Of a stretch of DNA of 64,000 nt, positions 9,633-19,675 are shown one piece after another (within the stretch, counting starts at the first letter, position 1; each line of letters begins with the position of its first letter). The DNA lies in sequence record HE978309, one strand, 5' to 3'. Under the pieces are notes generated by a model. The model did not search any database. It was not told where the DNA came from and saw only the letters and a list, made by a program, of their open reading frames with translations. Position numbers and translations under genes: made by a program. The DNA is from Enterobacteria phage GEC-3S.

Positions 9633-9660
9633 ATAATAAAACCATTATAGAGTAGTGTCA
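9633..9660 (-). promoter_or_regulatory. early promoter (TTGACA-N17-TATTAT) abutting the terminator hairpin
   Basis: predicted start falls in or near the hairpin. Confidence 0.4.
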
Positions 9661-9668
9661 ACTAATTT

Positions 9669-10187
9669 TTAGTAGCCGCGTTCTTGACGGGCGAAGTTTT
9701 CAGCATTTTTCAGATAGTACAGAATAAAGAGTTCTTGAGCGTCAATACCCAGCGGGATCATCTTTGACAGAATGAAGTGGATCGCGTCCACAAATTCAAA
9801 TTTCACTTCAAGCTGATCTTCCGGTGACAGTTCAGAGAATTTACGCGCTCGCGCTTCTCCGTGGTTCTTTTTCCACATTTTCCAGATTGCACTTGCATCT
9901 TTACCATTGGACATTCCACCCAGCGATGTGTAAAGCTCTCGTGTTTCGTCTGCGATAGCGTCATCCATCCGTTGCATCCAATCCAGCATTTCACCGCAAG
10001 TCTCTAGCTTAGTTGGATTTGGGACCCAATCAAATTTTTCGGATAATGCAACCTGCAAACCAGTTTGCATTTCGAGCATCACCTGAAACGGATCTTTACC
10101 TTCTGCAATCGCGTGATGATATGCGGCGATAGCCGCGTTAATATCTTTTTCGTTAACCAGACCAGCACAAGAATTAAATTCTGACAT
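9669..10187 (-). CDS. 56: dCTP pyrophosphatase (dCTPase, MazG-like)
   Basis: 172 aa from ATG 10187 with SD GAGGTG; track start is GTG; T4 gp56-like sequence and position before gp61. Confidence 0.75.
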   Translation of the reverse strand: MSEFNSCAGLVNEKDINAAIAAYHHAIAEGKDPFQVMLEMQTGLQVALSEKFDWVPNPTKLETCGEMLDWMQRMDDAIADETRELYTSLGGMSNGKDASAIWKMWKKNHGEARARKFSELSPEDQLEVKFEFVDAIHFILSKMIPLGIDAQELFILYYLKNAENFARQERGY

Positions 10188-10201
10188 ATTCACCTCATTA
10201 A

Positions 10202-11230
10202 TTAAAATTTACAATATTTCATAAACCGCATTTTAGCCATCAGACCTTGTACGGTGTTCTCTTTGATATATTCCATGATCTGGTCGCGTGTAGCGCCCTC
10301 GTCCTGAATCATGGCGTTAACGTCTTTAGAATGCCACGGGCAACGGTCCCACAATACAATCTTTTCCCCTGCATTGATAAACTTTTCCAGTCGGTGCATT
10401 GTATCGGCAGACCGTGGTTCCGCATCAAGTACAAACACTCGCTGGTCTGGGAAAGGGATTTCATCTAATCCCAAAGTACCGCCAGTAATTGCACACCCGT
10501 TATCAATAAACAATGAATCGATCGGACCTTCTAAGAAATACACTGGCCTACTCGGATCGGCGCGTTCAAGACCATAGACCTTACTCGCTAACTCATGAGT
10601 TTTAATCGTCATATATTTGGTCTTTCCGTAATCCTTTCTCAATGCTCGCCCCTGAATGGATTCTATCTTGTTCTCGCGGTTAAAGATAGGAATCACTAAA
10701 CGCGGTTCAGGTTGTGGATTCTTGAAAGTATCAGCTTTAATGTGATTTGCTACCTTTTGCCATTCTCTCGTGAAATACAGAAGATCCCATTTATCGTGGG
10801 GAATGCAACGATCACTGACATACTTTATTATAGGATGATTAGCCGGAAGAGTATCTAACCTCTCGCAGAAAGGCAATGTTTGCACTTTCTTAATCTCCGG
10901 CTTTTCTACCTTTTTCAGTGGCTTGAACGTGGTGTTCTTGTTGTCGCCTTGTTCCTTCCGTCTCTCCATAAGCCATTCCCTGAATAGGTCCGGCTTATAT
11001 TGTTTAAGAAATTCACCTAACGGCTGATTGTAGTTACAGTTGAAGCAACCACAACGCAAACTATCCTTATAGGTATAGATACGGAATCGCGCTTGAGTAT
11101 GATTTTTCTTTGAGTCACCGCAGATCGGACAACTACAGACCAGCGTAAATGAGCTAGTATGCAACCGTTTAAAATTTCGTTCGCCGTATATGGCTTTTTC
11201 CGCTATTTCATAATCTGCGTAGTAAATCAT
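10202..11230 (-). CDS. 61: DNA primase
   Basis: 342 aa; N-terminal zinc-binding CSCPICGD...CGCFNC; TOPRIM-like core; T4 synteny. Confidence 0.85.
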   Translation of the reverse strand: MIYYADYEIAEKAIYGERNFKRLHTSSFTLVCSCPICGDSKKNHTQARFRIYTYKDSLRCGCFNCNYNQPLGEFLKQYKPDLFREWLMERRKEQGDNKNTTFKPLKKVEKPEIKKVQTLPFCERLDTLPANHPIIKYVSDRCIPHDKWDLLYFTREWQKVANHIKADTFKNPQPEPRLVIPIFNRENKIESIQGRALRKDYGKTKYMTIKTHELASKVYGLERADPSRPVYFLEGPIDSLFIDNGCAITGGTLGLDEIPFPDQRVFVLDAEPRSADTMHRLEKFINAGEKIVLWDRCPWHSKDVNAMIQDEGATRDQIMEYIKENTVQGLMAKMRFMKYCKF

Positions 11231-11239
11231 AATAACCTC

Positions 11240-11443
11240 TTATAGCTCAAATTTCATGAAAGTTCCTACACTTTCATTTTCATTCTCTCCGTTCTCATCT
11301 AAGCCAAATTTGTAGACACTACCATCTGGCGATGTGTAAGAGAATACACGAAAACGGCCTACCGGATCAAGTTCTGTAAATTCATATTCTTTTCCGGCTT
11401 CAAAAAGTGCATATGTGCTTTTAAGACATTTTATCGTAATCAT
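11240..11443 (-). CDS. hypothetical protein (67 aa)
   Basis: ATG overlapping upstream stop (ATGA). Confidence 0.5.
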   Translation of the reverse strand: MITIKCLKSTYALFEAGKEYEFTELDPVGRFRVFSYTSPDGSVYKFGLDENGENENESVGTFMKFEL

Positions 11444-11598
11444 TTAAGCGCCACCGATGAGAACATGATAATAATACCAGCATACATAACAGTCTCAGAA
11501 ATTTTTTCTGTTTTTGTCTTATATCCAGATAACCCGAAAAAGACAACACCAGAAATAGCCATCACAAGCCCGATAATGAATACAATAAAACTAACCAT
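11440..11598 (-). CDS. small membrane protein (52 aa)
   Basis: hand-read MVSFIVFIIGLVMAISGVVFFGL...; strong SD AGGAGA; not in track. Confidence 0.4.
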   Translation of the reverse strand: MVSFIVFIIGLVMAISGVVFFGLSGYKTKTEKISETVMYAGIIIMFSSVALK

Positions 11599-11763
11599 TA
11601 TCTTTCTCCTTTTTGCGTTTTTCTTTACCCGCTACACTAGGTCCACGATTGGTAATAGATCCGCTCGTTTCACCTGCTGCGATCTTCTCAGGATTGCCGC
11701 CAGCATCGCCAGCGGTCATATCTTCTTTGAGTTTATTTTCTTCAACAAACTGTTTAAAGCCAA

Positions 11764-12141
11764 TCATAGAATAATCTCTTTCAGTAAGTCAACAATCTGG
11801 TCTTTTGTCAGTTTATCCTGATTCTCTACAATCTTGATAACACAAGCGTTAACATCTTTTCTAGTCACGCGGGAGATCGTTTTAATCCGGTTAAATGGTT
11901 CGTAGAAATATACTGCTTCATTATAGAGAGCGGATACTTTACGACGCATTTGATCTTTATCTGACAAGAAAACAAGTGCTGTTTTATGACCTTCTACACC
12001 CGCCACGTTATATAGTTCAGCAACACCCCAGCGACCTTCCGGTTCAATCATTCCGGCGTGTTTACCGTCGATAAAAATAAGAATATCTCCGTTGAATGCG
12101 GTTTTGAATGCTACATCTTCCGGCGTAATCATATTTTTCAT
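11764..12141 (-). CDS. hypothetical protein (125 aa)
   Basis: ATG with SD AAGGAGA. Confidence 0.5.
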   Translation of the reverse strand: MKNMITPEDVAFKTAFNGDILIFIDGKHAGMIEPEGRWGVAELYNVAGVEGHKTALVFLSDKDQMRRKVSALYNEAVYFYEPFNRIKTISRVTRKDVNACVIKIVENQDKLTKDQIVDLLKEIIL

Positions 12142-12171
12142 AATATAGTCTCCTTAGAGTTTCATTATAGA

Positions 12172-12807
12172 TCAATCGAATGTAGAAAGCAAATGTTTTG
12201 TTTCTTTCAGTTGTCGTTCAAGATTTTTGCGTTTCTCTTTAAGTTGCATTTTAGCATTATTTCGCTCTCTTGTAACCTCTTTATCAATGCTCTTATTCCA
12301 GTTATCAATATCAGAATAAGTTGGCATACCCAATTCTAGACCTAATGCGGTTGGATGCAGGGTAACAGTCCATAAACCGCTAATCTTCTTAAACAGGTCG
12401 GGGTGTAGTGTACTATCTACATCTTCCGGTGTCAACTCTTTTTCTTCTTTCAGTGGTGGGATCTCGTCATATGGTTCCAGTGCATTTACTTTAATATCAG
12501 ATACCTCATCAAAGAATCCGCGTACATCCGCAGGAAATACACAAGCAATTTCCCAACCGCGATCACGCAGAGAAGTAATATTTTTCACTCCCCCACCATG
12601 TGTGATGATTGATGTGACATTGCCATCAAGGTCCACCGAATTTACGAGAAATGGCTTATCGTCTGTCAGATCATTATAAAACTGTGCTTCGGCTGTAGTC
12701 ATCTCCAGAAACAGATCTCGGATCGGACGACCATCAGGTGCGTTACCTTCCTTGAGAGTATAAAAGCGACTTACGATCCATTTTGGCGGTAAAGCATTAG
12801 CGATCAT
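12172..12807 (-). CDS. hypothetical protein (211 aa)
   Basis: ATG with SD TAGGAGA. Confidence 0.55.
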   Translation of the reverse strand: MIANALPPKWIVSRFYTLKEGNAPDGRPIRDLFLEMTTAEAQFYNDLTDDKPFLVNSVDLDGNVTSIITHGGGVKNITSLRDRGWEIACVFPADVRGFFDEVSDIKVNALEPYDEIPPLKEEKELTPEDVDSTLHPDLFKKISGLWTVTLHPTALGLELGMPTYSDIDNWNKSIDKEVTRERNNAKMQLKEKRKNLERQLKETKHLLSTFD

Positions 12808-12835
12808 GTTATATCTCCTATCAAATCATTCATCA

Positions 12836-12851
12836 GCGCCCCGCAGGGCGC
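12836..12851 (-). other. GC hairpin GCGCCC-CGCA-GGGCGC just downstream of gp41 stop
   Basis: perfect 6-bp stem; weak U-tract; possible terminator or stability element. Confidence 0.35.
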
Positions 12852-12857
12852 ATTTTA

Positions 12858-14270
12858 TTAGAAAGTCATGTTATTTGCTAGCTCGTCGAGTTTTTCTCGT
12901 TTCTCGGCTTGCTGTGCGCTTTGCGGTTTAACTTGTGCATTCTCCTGATCTGCGATCTGGTTTGGTACTTCATACCAACGCTGATTGCCTTTTTTCACAC
13001 CAACGTTAAACCGTGAATAATAGTTCTTGTCACCGTAACGAGACTTGATCTGCTTCATGAGTTGAACGCCCATTTTAGCCAGGTCTTCGGTTTCGATAAC
13101 ACCCAACATAAAATCGGCTGTAGCCGGAAGACCTGCTGATTCAGCGGTATCACTCATGTTAAGGTCGGAAGCATCCCAACCCGCGCGGGTAGTCTGTGCC
13201 GCAGTCCAACCAACAACATCCCACTTAACAAAAAATCCTCGCAGTTCTTCCGCAATCGCCTTAACTAGTGTGTAACTATTTTCAGAGTATACACGCAAGC
13301 GAGACGATGCGCAAATCCCCAGATAGTCAACAATCACAACATCAGGTTTAAACTGTTTCTTGAGTCGCAATTCATTCATTAACGCCTCAAAGTGATTGGA
13401 GTTCGCGCCACCAGTCGGATACTGCTTGATCATCAATTTTCCAACCGGACGATCTCCGATCTTCTTATTCTTAACACGCTTCATACGTGCGGAATATTCC
13501 GCAAAAGAAACATTACCATTATCCAATTCATCTAATGTAATGTCAAGCAAGTTTGCGTCGATACGTTTGGCTACGACATGCTCTGCCATCTCCATTGAGA
13601 TATACAATACATCATAACCGCATTCCATATAATCCGCAGCAAGAGAACACAATCCAAGCGATTTACCAACATTTACACCAGCAAGCAACACATTTAGCGT
13701 TTTTCTTTCCGCCCCTCCTTTCGTGATTTTATTCAACATCGGCAGCTTAAACGGGATCTTATTCGCTTTAGTCTGATATAGCAAGAATCGTTTTTCAAAG
13801 TCATTAAACCAGTCATGACCTACATCAGAATCAAACGTAATGGATAGTGCTTCCTGCATGATCTCAGGAATAGCTCCCTCACTCGGCAATTTCTTATTCT
13901 GTTTCTCTTTTGGTAGTTGTGCGTTCGCCTGAATCTCTAGCGCCCGTGACATTGCATTATACATGGCACGGTCACGAATAAATTTTTCGGTTTCCTTCAT
14001 TAACCAATCAAGGTCTTCCGGTGTATTCTCCAGCGAATCGAGAAGAGTTTTAGCCCCTTCATATGTTGTCTGATTGCCTCTCTCCTTGTCCAAAGCAATC
14101 TGTAATGCAGTTGGCGTAGGAATATTGGAATATTCGTCTACGTGCTTTTTAATCAGCTTATAAATCAGTTTTTCTTCGTCTTCGGTGAAGTAGTCCGCTT
14201 TAAGGTGAGGCCATACATTCGTAAAGAATGCGCCATTGTAAATCAACTGTGAAAAGATAGTTTTAATCAT
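12858..14270 (-). CDS. 41: replicative DNA helicase (DnaB-like)
   Basis: 470 aa; Walker A GVNVGKS; T4 gp41-like; ATGA overlap with upstream gene. Confidence 0.9.
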   Translation of the reverse strand: MIKTIFSQLIYNGAFFTNVWPHLKADYFTEDEEKLIYKLIKKHVDEYSNIPTPTALQIALDKERGNQTTYEGAKTLLDSLENTPEDLDWLMKETEKFIRDRAMYNAMSRALEIQANAQLPKEKQNKKLPSEGAIPEIMQEALSITFDSDVGHDWFNDFEKRFLLYQTKANKIPFKLPMLNKITKGGAERKTLNVLLAGVNVGKSLGLCSLAADYMECGYDVLYISMEMAEHVVAKRIDANLLDITLDELDNGNVSFAEYSARMKRVKNKKIGDRPVGKLMIKQYPTGGANSNHFEALMNELRLKKQFKPDVVIVDYLGICASSRLRVYSENSYTLVKAIAEELRGFFVKWDVVGWTAAQTTRAGWDASDLNMSDTAESAGLPATADFMLGVIETEDLAKMGVQLMKQIKSRYGDKNYYSRFNVGVKKGNQRWYEVPNQIADQENAQVKPQSAQQAEKREKLDELANNMTF

Positions 14271-14584
14271 ACATAGCCCCCAACTACACGCATAACAAAG
14301 GTCTTGAGTTTATACCAGAAAGTTTCTTTTTTCAACTTTTCTTCTGCTTCTTTGATCTGCGCGGTTAACGCCTTAATGACGTGTGGATATACCACATCAC
14401 GATCTGACGGCGTGGAGTAGTCGACCACAATACCTTTAGTGTCTGGATCGTATTCAACATTATGAATATAGACAATATGATGTTCTCCCTCTTCATCAAC
14501 AATTATCAATTCCTGAATAACTGTCTTCATTGCTTCTTGAATCAAGCCGTGTGCTTCTTCTAAACTTGTTGGCTTCTTATCCAT
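14267..14584 (-). CDS. hypothetical protein (105 aa; T4 gene 40 position)
   Basis: ATG with SD GAGAGGA. Confidence 0.45.
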   Translation of the reverse strand: MDKKPTSLEEAHGLIQEAMKTVIQELIIVDEEGEHHIVYIHNVEYDPDTKGIVVDYSTPSDRDVVYPHVIKALTAQIKEAEEKLKKETFWYKLKTFVMRVVGGYV

Positions 14585-14606
14585 AATATAATCCTCTCTA
14601 GATATG

Positions 14607-14630
14607 AAAAAGGGGCACGTAGCCCCTTTA
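14607..14630 (-). terminator. intrinsic terminator after uvsX
   Basis: AAAGGGGC-UACGU-GCCCCUUUUU on minus strand. Confidence 0.6.
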
Positions 14631-14639
14631 CTACCATTG

Positions 14640-15710
14640 TTATGCTAACATATCTTCGATTTCTTTGTCAACTGCTTCGTCGCTGATCACTTGCCCCAGC
14701 TTATAATGATCGTTGATCGCTTCGTTAAACTTATCGTTTGTCAGAAGTGGTTTCCAGAACTCAATGCTATTGGTTTCTTTAGCACGGAACTTGCGTTCTT
14801 CGGTTTCCATCTCTCCGGTCTCAGTATTCAGGATTGAACGAGAATACCAGCCGTTTGACGGTTTCACTACCCAGCCTAACTCTACAGCCAACTCCAGCAA
14901 ACCGGAATAAGGATCGATGCCACCGCTAAATGTTACGCTAATAGGGAACTTAGATTTTTCTTTAACGGTTCGTGATTTTTCCGCATTCAGGATAAAATCA
15001 TAACCAGTAATTTCGGTTCCTTCTTTCTGCTGACGACGACCAATAATGAAAACTTCATTGGCTGAATACATCGCGCCAGTACCGCCGGACATAACGGTCT
15101 TACTAAACATTTCTTGCGTTTCGTAAGTGTGGTTAATAGCGATGCACGGGATATCATTCATAGTCAGATACGGCGTAACCATACGGAACAAGCCTTTAAG
15201 TGCTTTAGCTCGCGTCATATCCTGTGCGGATTTCTCATTAATCGCGTCTTCAACTTCTTTTTTGCTTGCTAAGTTACCGATTGAGTCAATAAAGATGATC
15301 ACTTTATCTTCACGGGTAATTTGCTCAAGCTGGTTCATGATTTCAAATTTAAGTTCTTCGATGTTCTTGATTGGAACATGCACCACGCGATCAGGATCTA
15401 CACCCATAGATTCAAGATAAGCGGATGTAATACCGAACTCAGAATCAAAGAACAAACACGCTGCATCAGGATTCTGTTTCATGTATGCACTAACGCAAGT
15501 TAATCCCATGTTTGATTTAAAGTGCTTAGACGGACCAGCAAAGAAAATCAGACCAGATTGAAAGCCTTTTTTAAGATCACCTGAAAACGCAATATTCAGC
15601 ATCGGGATCTTAGTGCGAGTATTTGTTTTTTCGTTAAAGAAGCTGGATTTAGACAGTACCGCAGTAGTTTTCAGGGTAGAGTTCTTTTTCAGTTTTTCCA
15701 GTACAGACAT
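14640..15710 (-). CDS. uvsX: UvsX recombinase (RecA-like)
   Basis: 356 aa; Walker A GPSKHFKS; strong T4 UvsX-like sequence. Confidence 0.9.
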   Translation of the reverse strand: MSVLEKLKKNSTLKTTAVLSKSSFFNEKTNTRTKIPMLNIAFSGDLKKGFQSGLIFFAGPSKHFKSNMGLTCVSAYMKQNPDAACLFFDSEFGITSAYLESMGVDPDRVVHVPIKNIEELKFEIMNQLEQITREDKVIIFIDSIGNLASKKEVEDAINEKSAQDMTRAKALKGLFRMVTPYLTMNDIPCIAINHTYETQEMFSKTVMSGGTGAMYSANEVFIIGRRQQKEGTEITGYDFILNAEKSRTVKEKSKFPISVTFSGGIDPYSGLLELAVELGWVVKPSNGWYSRSILNTETGEMETEERKFRAKETNSIEFWKPLLTNDKFNEAINDHYKLGQVISDEAVDKEIEDMLA

Positions 15711-15721
15711 TATTAATACCT

Positions 15722-15910
15722 CTATTCAGTTAATCCGTAATACTTTAATTGCTTCATTGATATTCGATCTTTGTAGTGCTCTTGAATTAACTTTTTCATC
15801 GCATCAACATCGATCGTCACAAATACTTCGTTGCTGTGATTTCCGTGAACTTTCTTGAAATGCTCTATGCCTTCCTCACGTTCACGTTTAATCTTTTCAA
15901 TGTCTCTCAT
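15722..15910 (-). CDS. hypothetical protein (62 aa)
   Basis: ATG 15910 downstream of promoter 15955-15982. Confidence 0.45.
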   Translation of the reverse strand: MRDIEKIKREREEGIEHFKKVHGNHSNEVFVTIDVDAMKKLIQEHYKDRISMKQLKYYGLTE

Positions 15911-15954
15911 AGTATATTTCTCACGTTGGCGGGTATCGTCACCCAACACCCGCC

Positions 15955-15982
15955 ATTATACACACTCGATCTTAAATGTCAA
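15955..15982 (-). promoter_or_regulatory. early promoter (TTGACA-N16-TATAAT) followed by palindrome GGCGGGT...ACCCGCC
   Basis: -35 lies at the 3' end of gp43. Confidence 0.5.
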
Positions 15983-18650
15983 ACAGGTCCGTAAGCGATG
16001 CCACCTTTTCATATTGCAGCTTTGCAGCCGTGGTAATGTTCTCCAGCGGTTTGACGAAAGTCTTATTAAACAACAAAGGCCAGTCTAACCACTTCAACAC
16101 TTCTGATTCAATTTCTGGTGGAATACGAGTACCAGACAACCAACCAAAACAGATTTCTCCAAACGGATTTCGGTCTTTAAGCGGTACAATCATAACCTTC
16201 TCGCCTTCACGAATCGGATCTAGTCCGAATTTTCTGGCATTACGATTATAACACAATACACTCTTAACCGCATACGGACAACCCTTAATCGGATACCCGT
16301 TTGAATCGCTGTATTTCTGTAGGTTGTTTGCCGATGATACCGCAGCAACCTCAAGATAGTCAAGTTTTCGAAACTCTTGCTCAAAAATACCGTAGTATTC
16401 CTGCAATGACTCTTCCCCTTCCTGCAACATACGGCGAATACATTCTTTCAGTGATTTCTGACATGCTTTAGGTGTAGAACTACGTTGCGTTTCCAAGCCC
16501 ATGATTTTTAGCTTAGGTTCAGCAAAGCGCGTTCCTTCCATATCCCAAACATTAAGAGCATAGCGTTTTTTACCCGTCCAGAATCCACCGATACCCGCAG
16601 ATTTCAACGGAGGACCAGCAATTGCCTCACGGTCCATAAACATCAAGTGCTCATAGTTGTTCATGTACTCGCATAACTCGCGATACCCCTTGTCGATAAT
16701 AGGTTCCATTCTATGCTTACCGAAATTATCAAGGAAGTCAACAAGTTTTTCAGTATCGTCGAAACGGTCTTCCCCGCCAACCTTATCAATAACATTGTTA
16801 ACCAGCACATAAACGGAGTCAGTATCACAATAACGAACATATGCAAAATCGGTTGTTCCGCAAAGCTCGTTTAAGTATTCGTTAATCTTACGCTCAATCC
16901 ACTGAATTGCAAGCTGACCAAACAAGGTGATCGCACTAGCGTTACGGAGATCATAAAAACGGAATTTAGGATTCCCCAACGCACCATAAAGGGAGTTGAT
17001 CAAAACTTTACGAGAAAGCTGGTTTGTATTGCACAAGATCGATTCGTCTTTACATTCTTCCAGCAATTTCTCTAAGGCATCTTTACTTAATTCAGAAAGC
17101 ATCGATTTAAACGCTTCATCGAAGTCGTGACGCACTTCAACGCTATAGCTAATGGTTCCCCCATAAACATGATTTTCATCGTGTAGAATCGCTTTACAGA
17201 GTTCAGCATTGCGATCACATGCCAACATCATGTTTTTATACTGCTTACGCTGATCGAATACCTTTTTAATCTCAATCGGTACGATACCATGAATATCTTT
17301 TCTATACATCCATCCGTTAGGCGAGCAAGAATACTCATCACTCGGACGTGGTGCAGTTTTATTGATATACTCGTGCATCGGTGCAGCATCAAAAGATCCA
17401 GCGATTGTTTCAGGCGAAATATTAACCTGTCGAATAATAGATGGGTACAGACTTGTTAAGTCAAAGCTCATCATCCAACGGTAAGCATTCGGCACAGGTT
17501 CTTTTACGAATGCGCCCGGATAGGTCTGCTTAGGCTGTATCTTGTTCTCTGGTACTACTTTACCCTCAGCTTTCAGAGATCCGAAGATAATAGCATCCCA
17601 TACTTTCATCGGGTTATAAACATGGTTAAATTTAATCTTTGCATAGAAACATAGACTATACACCAGATCGATAAATCCACGCTTTTTATCAATCGCCAGA
17701 ACACGATCAACGTCGCCGATGTTATAATCGATGTAAAGTTGATGGTTGTCATCACGCAATTTCTTTAACGGACCATCATAATCAACCTTACCTATTCCGG
17801 TCTCATATTCAGCAACATAATCTAAGGCATATGTTGGTTGAGTCGTAAAGCTAAATTTCTTGTATAAGTCAATGTAATCAAGGCTTTCGATCCCCATGAT
17901 CGTAAAGGCTTCACGCTCGTTGCCAAAATCATCCTGTGAGATTCGGGATTTAATCTTACCGCACGGGCTTAGACGGTTGGCGGTTCTACTTCCGAACTTA
18001 TTACTGATACGTTTAATGATATACGGAATATCGAATGTTTCTGTGTTCCAGCCAGTGAAACCAACGGGTCGGTTTTCCTCAAAGAATCGGATGTATTCTA
18101 ACAGCAATTCATCTTCTGTGTCATAGACGTTATAAACAACGCGCTCTACAATATCAGGTCGAAGAATAGACTTGCTTGCTTCCCAGATTTCACCGTTTTT
18201 TCCTTTCAAATCAAATACAAAGAAACGATCATGTACGGAATCATAATGCGTAATTGCATCGATAGGATATTTCGCTTCTTCTGGTTTAGGAAATTCCGGT
18301 GCAGTGACCTCGATATCAACCCATGCTACACGGATTTTATTTCGGTCATATCGAATCTCGCCTTTATATGTATCGGACAGATAGGAGATGATAAAATCAT
18401 CCATCCCTAGTGCCTCCTGCCCCATTTCTCCCATCTTTTTACGCCATTTGTTGGCCTCGTTCATAGATGGGAATTTTTTAGCAATGCAAGGCTTGCCATA
18501 GATATCTTTATAATTCGTAACCATACCAGGCGCGGCATGATGAAATAAAGTTGGCGTATATTCAACGTAACGCTCTTGTTCTTGTCCAGCATCATCAATA
18601 TAACGCTCGTAGATCTTATCACCCACTCGCTCACATGACAGAAAATACAT
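15972..18650 (-). CDS. 43: DNA polymerase (family B)
   Basis: 892 aa from ATG 18650 with SD GAAGGAG; exo motifs and polymerase motif YGDTDS present; no intein or intron visible. Confidence 0.95.
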   Translation of the reverse strand: MYFLSCERVGDKIYERYIDDAGQEQERYVEYTPTLFHHAAPGMVTNYKDIYGKPCIAKKFPSMNEANKWRKKMGEMGQEALGMDDFIISYLSDTYKGEIRYDRNKIRVAWVDIEVTAPEFPKPEEAKYPIDAITHYDSVHDRFFVFDLKGKNGEIWEASKSILRPDIVERVVYNVYDTEDELLLEYIRFFEENRPVGFTGWNTETFDIPYIIKRISNKFGSRTANRLSPCGKIKSRISQDDFGNEREAFTIMGIESLDYIDLYKKFSFTTQPTYALDYVAEYETGIGKVDYDGPLKKLRDDNHQLYIDYNIGDVDRVLAIDKKRGFIDLVYSLCFYAKIKFNHVYNPMKVWDAIIFGSLKAEGKVVPENKIQPKQTYPGAFVKEPVPNAYRWMMSFDLTSLYPSIIRQVNISPETIAGSFDAAPMHEYINKTAPRPSDEYSCSPNGWMYRKDIHGIVPIEIKKVFDQRKQYKNMMLACDRNAELCKAILHDENHVYGGTISYSVEVRHDFDEAFKSMLSELSKDALEKLLEECKDESILCNTNQLSRKVLINSLYGALGNPKFRFYDLRNASAITLFGQLAIQWIERKINEYLNELCGTTDFAYVRYCDTDSVYVLVNNVIDKVGGEDRFDDTEKLVDFLDNFGKHRMEPIIDKGYRELCEYMNNYEHLMFMDREAIAGPPLKSAGIGGFWTGKKRYALNVWDMEGTRFAEPKLKIMGLETQRSSTPKACQKSLKECIRRMLQEGEESLQEYYGIFEQEFRKLDYLEVAAVSSANNLQKYSDSNGYPIKGCPYAVKSVLCYNRNARKFGLDPIREGEKVMIVPLKDRNPFGEICFGWLSGTRIPPEIESEVLKWLDWPLLFNKTFVKPLENITTAAKLQYEKVASLTDLFDI

Positions 18651-18682
18651 AATATAAACTCCTTCACTTACGAAAGACACTC

Positions 18683-18711
18683 ATTATAGGGGAATCAACT
18701 TAGTTTGTCAA
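18683..18711 (-). promoter_or_regulatory. early promoter (TTGACA-N17-TATAAT) upstream of gp43
   Basis: minus-strand read; flanked by ATAGGGG/CCCCTAT inverted repeat. Confidence 0.55.
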
Positions 18712-18732
18712 TACCCCTATCCCATCAGTATC

Positions 18733-19095
18733 TTAGCGTCCGATCTGATATTTCTCGATCAGCGTCCACTCTTCTTTCTGTTTGAAAGACAGTACACGGA
18801 AATTATTAACTTCGGTAGTTTCAAAATCACTATCAATCAGGGTACACAGATTCCACTGCGCAAGAAGTTTTGCAATGTTATTACGGCGCAATTCATCTTC
18901 CCACGTCATCTTAACACTACGACCATCTAATTTCAACAACTCCTTGAAATGAACGATGTAATAGCGCCCCTTCTTCTGGAGAATATGACAAGACTGATAC
19001 AGCGTCTTGTCTCGATTGTTGGCAATACCGCAGCGGGTTAAAGTTTCCTTAATTTTAAGGAAGTTTTCAGGACTAATCAAATTAATTTCAATCAT
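18733..19095 (-). CDS. regA: RegA translational repressor
   Basis: 120 aa; near-identical blocks to T4 RegA (KETLTRCGIANN, LYQSCHILQKKG). Confidence 0.9.
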   Translation of the reverse strand: MIEINLISPENFLKIKETLTRCGIANNRDKTLYQSCHILQKKGRYYIVHFKELLKLDGRSVKMTWEDELRRNNIAKLLAQWNLCTLIDSDFETTEVNNFRVLSFKQKEEWTLIEKYQIGR

Positions 19096-19096
19096 T

Positions 19097-19675
19097 TTAC
19101 CACCTTTCTATAATCTTTTTAAGTCGTTTCCTTTCTGTCTGATTCTTAGTAACACCCGCCAAAAGTTCATCGGTCGCATACGGTTTAATGTGCTTCAATA
19201 ACTTGTCCATATATCCCTTTTCATTAGCCAAATCGAGATAAAACCGGGCGTCATCCATATTTACACAATATGCTTTCGCCACTGCCATTAAAACCAATTT
19301 TTGGTCCAATTCTTCTGTTAGTTTAGCCCATTTACCGTATCGTTTCCCCTTAGAAATACTCTGTAAGAGATAATCAAAATGCATTTGATCTGGGAGGCCA
19401 TGACCGATTAAATTCATCACATACGCGCTATATAGACAATCTGCGTGCTGGGAAAGAGCGGTGTTAATCCATCTCTGGTTATATGCAGAATTGTTTCCCA
19501 CATTAACGCGCTGTTTATCTAAGGTGATATGATCCATCAGAGCAAATAATGCATTGTCGGTTTTCTCGGTGAATGTATCCGCTAATTCAGACACCTTTTC
19601 CCAATCACGAGAGCGCCATGCAATTTCATGCTCGTTTAATTGTGTATCATCTTCACCGAAAAATTGACCTAACAT
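19097..19675 (-). CDS. 62: clamp loader small subunit
   Basis: 192 aa; QLNEHEIAW and YGKWAKL blocks as in T4 gp62; TAATG-coupled to gp44. Confidence 0.85.
   Translation of the reverse strand: MLGQFFGEDDTQLNEHEIAWRSRDWEKVSELADTFTEKTDNALFALMDHITLDKQRVNVGNNSAYNQRWINTALSQHADCLYSAYVMNLIGHGLPDQMHFDYLLQSISKGKRYGKWAKLTEELDQKLVLMAVAKAYCVNMDDARFYLDLANEKGYMDKLLKHIKPYATDELLAGVTKNQTERKRLKKIIERW

Noticed and set aside
11465-11821. Plus-strand 118-aa ORF, and a 42-aa low-complexity minus-strand ORF at about 11591-11719
   Set aside because: The plus ORF overlaps better-supported minus-strand genes; the minus ORF (MTAGDAGGNPEKIAAG...) is low complexity with a weak SD. Neither is convincing.
15972-18680. Track N-terminal extensions beginning with non-ATG codons shown as M (gp43 18680, dexA 6044, regB 52381, gp45 21404, gp44 20664, gp49 39260 and others)
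   Set aside because: The extensions run through promoter or leader sequence and lack an SD; starts were moved to the first ATG (or GTG for gp55 and 42730-43038) with an SD that matches expected lengths.
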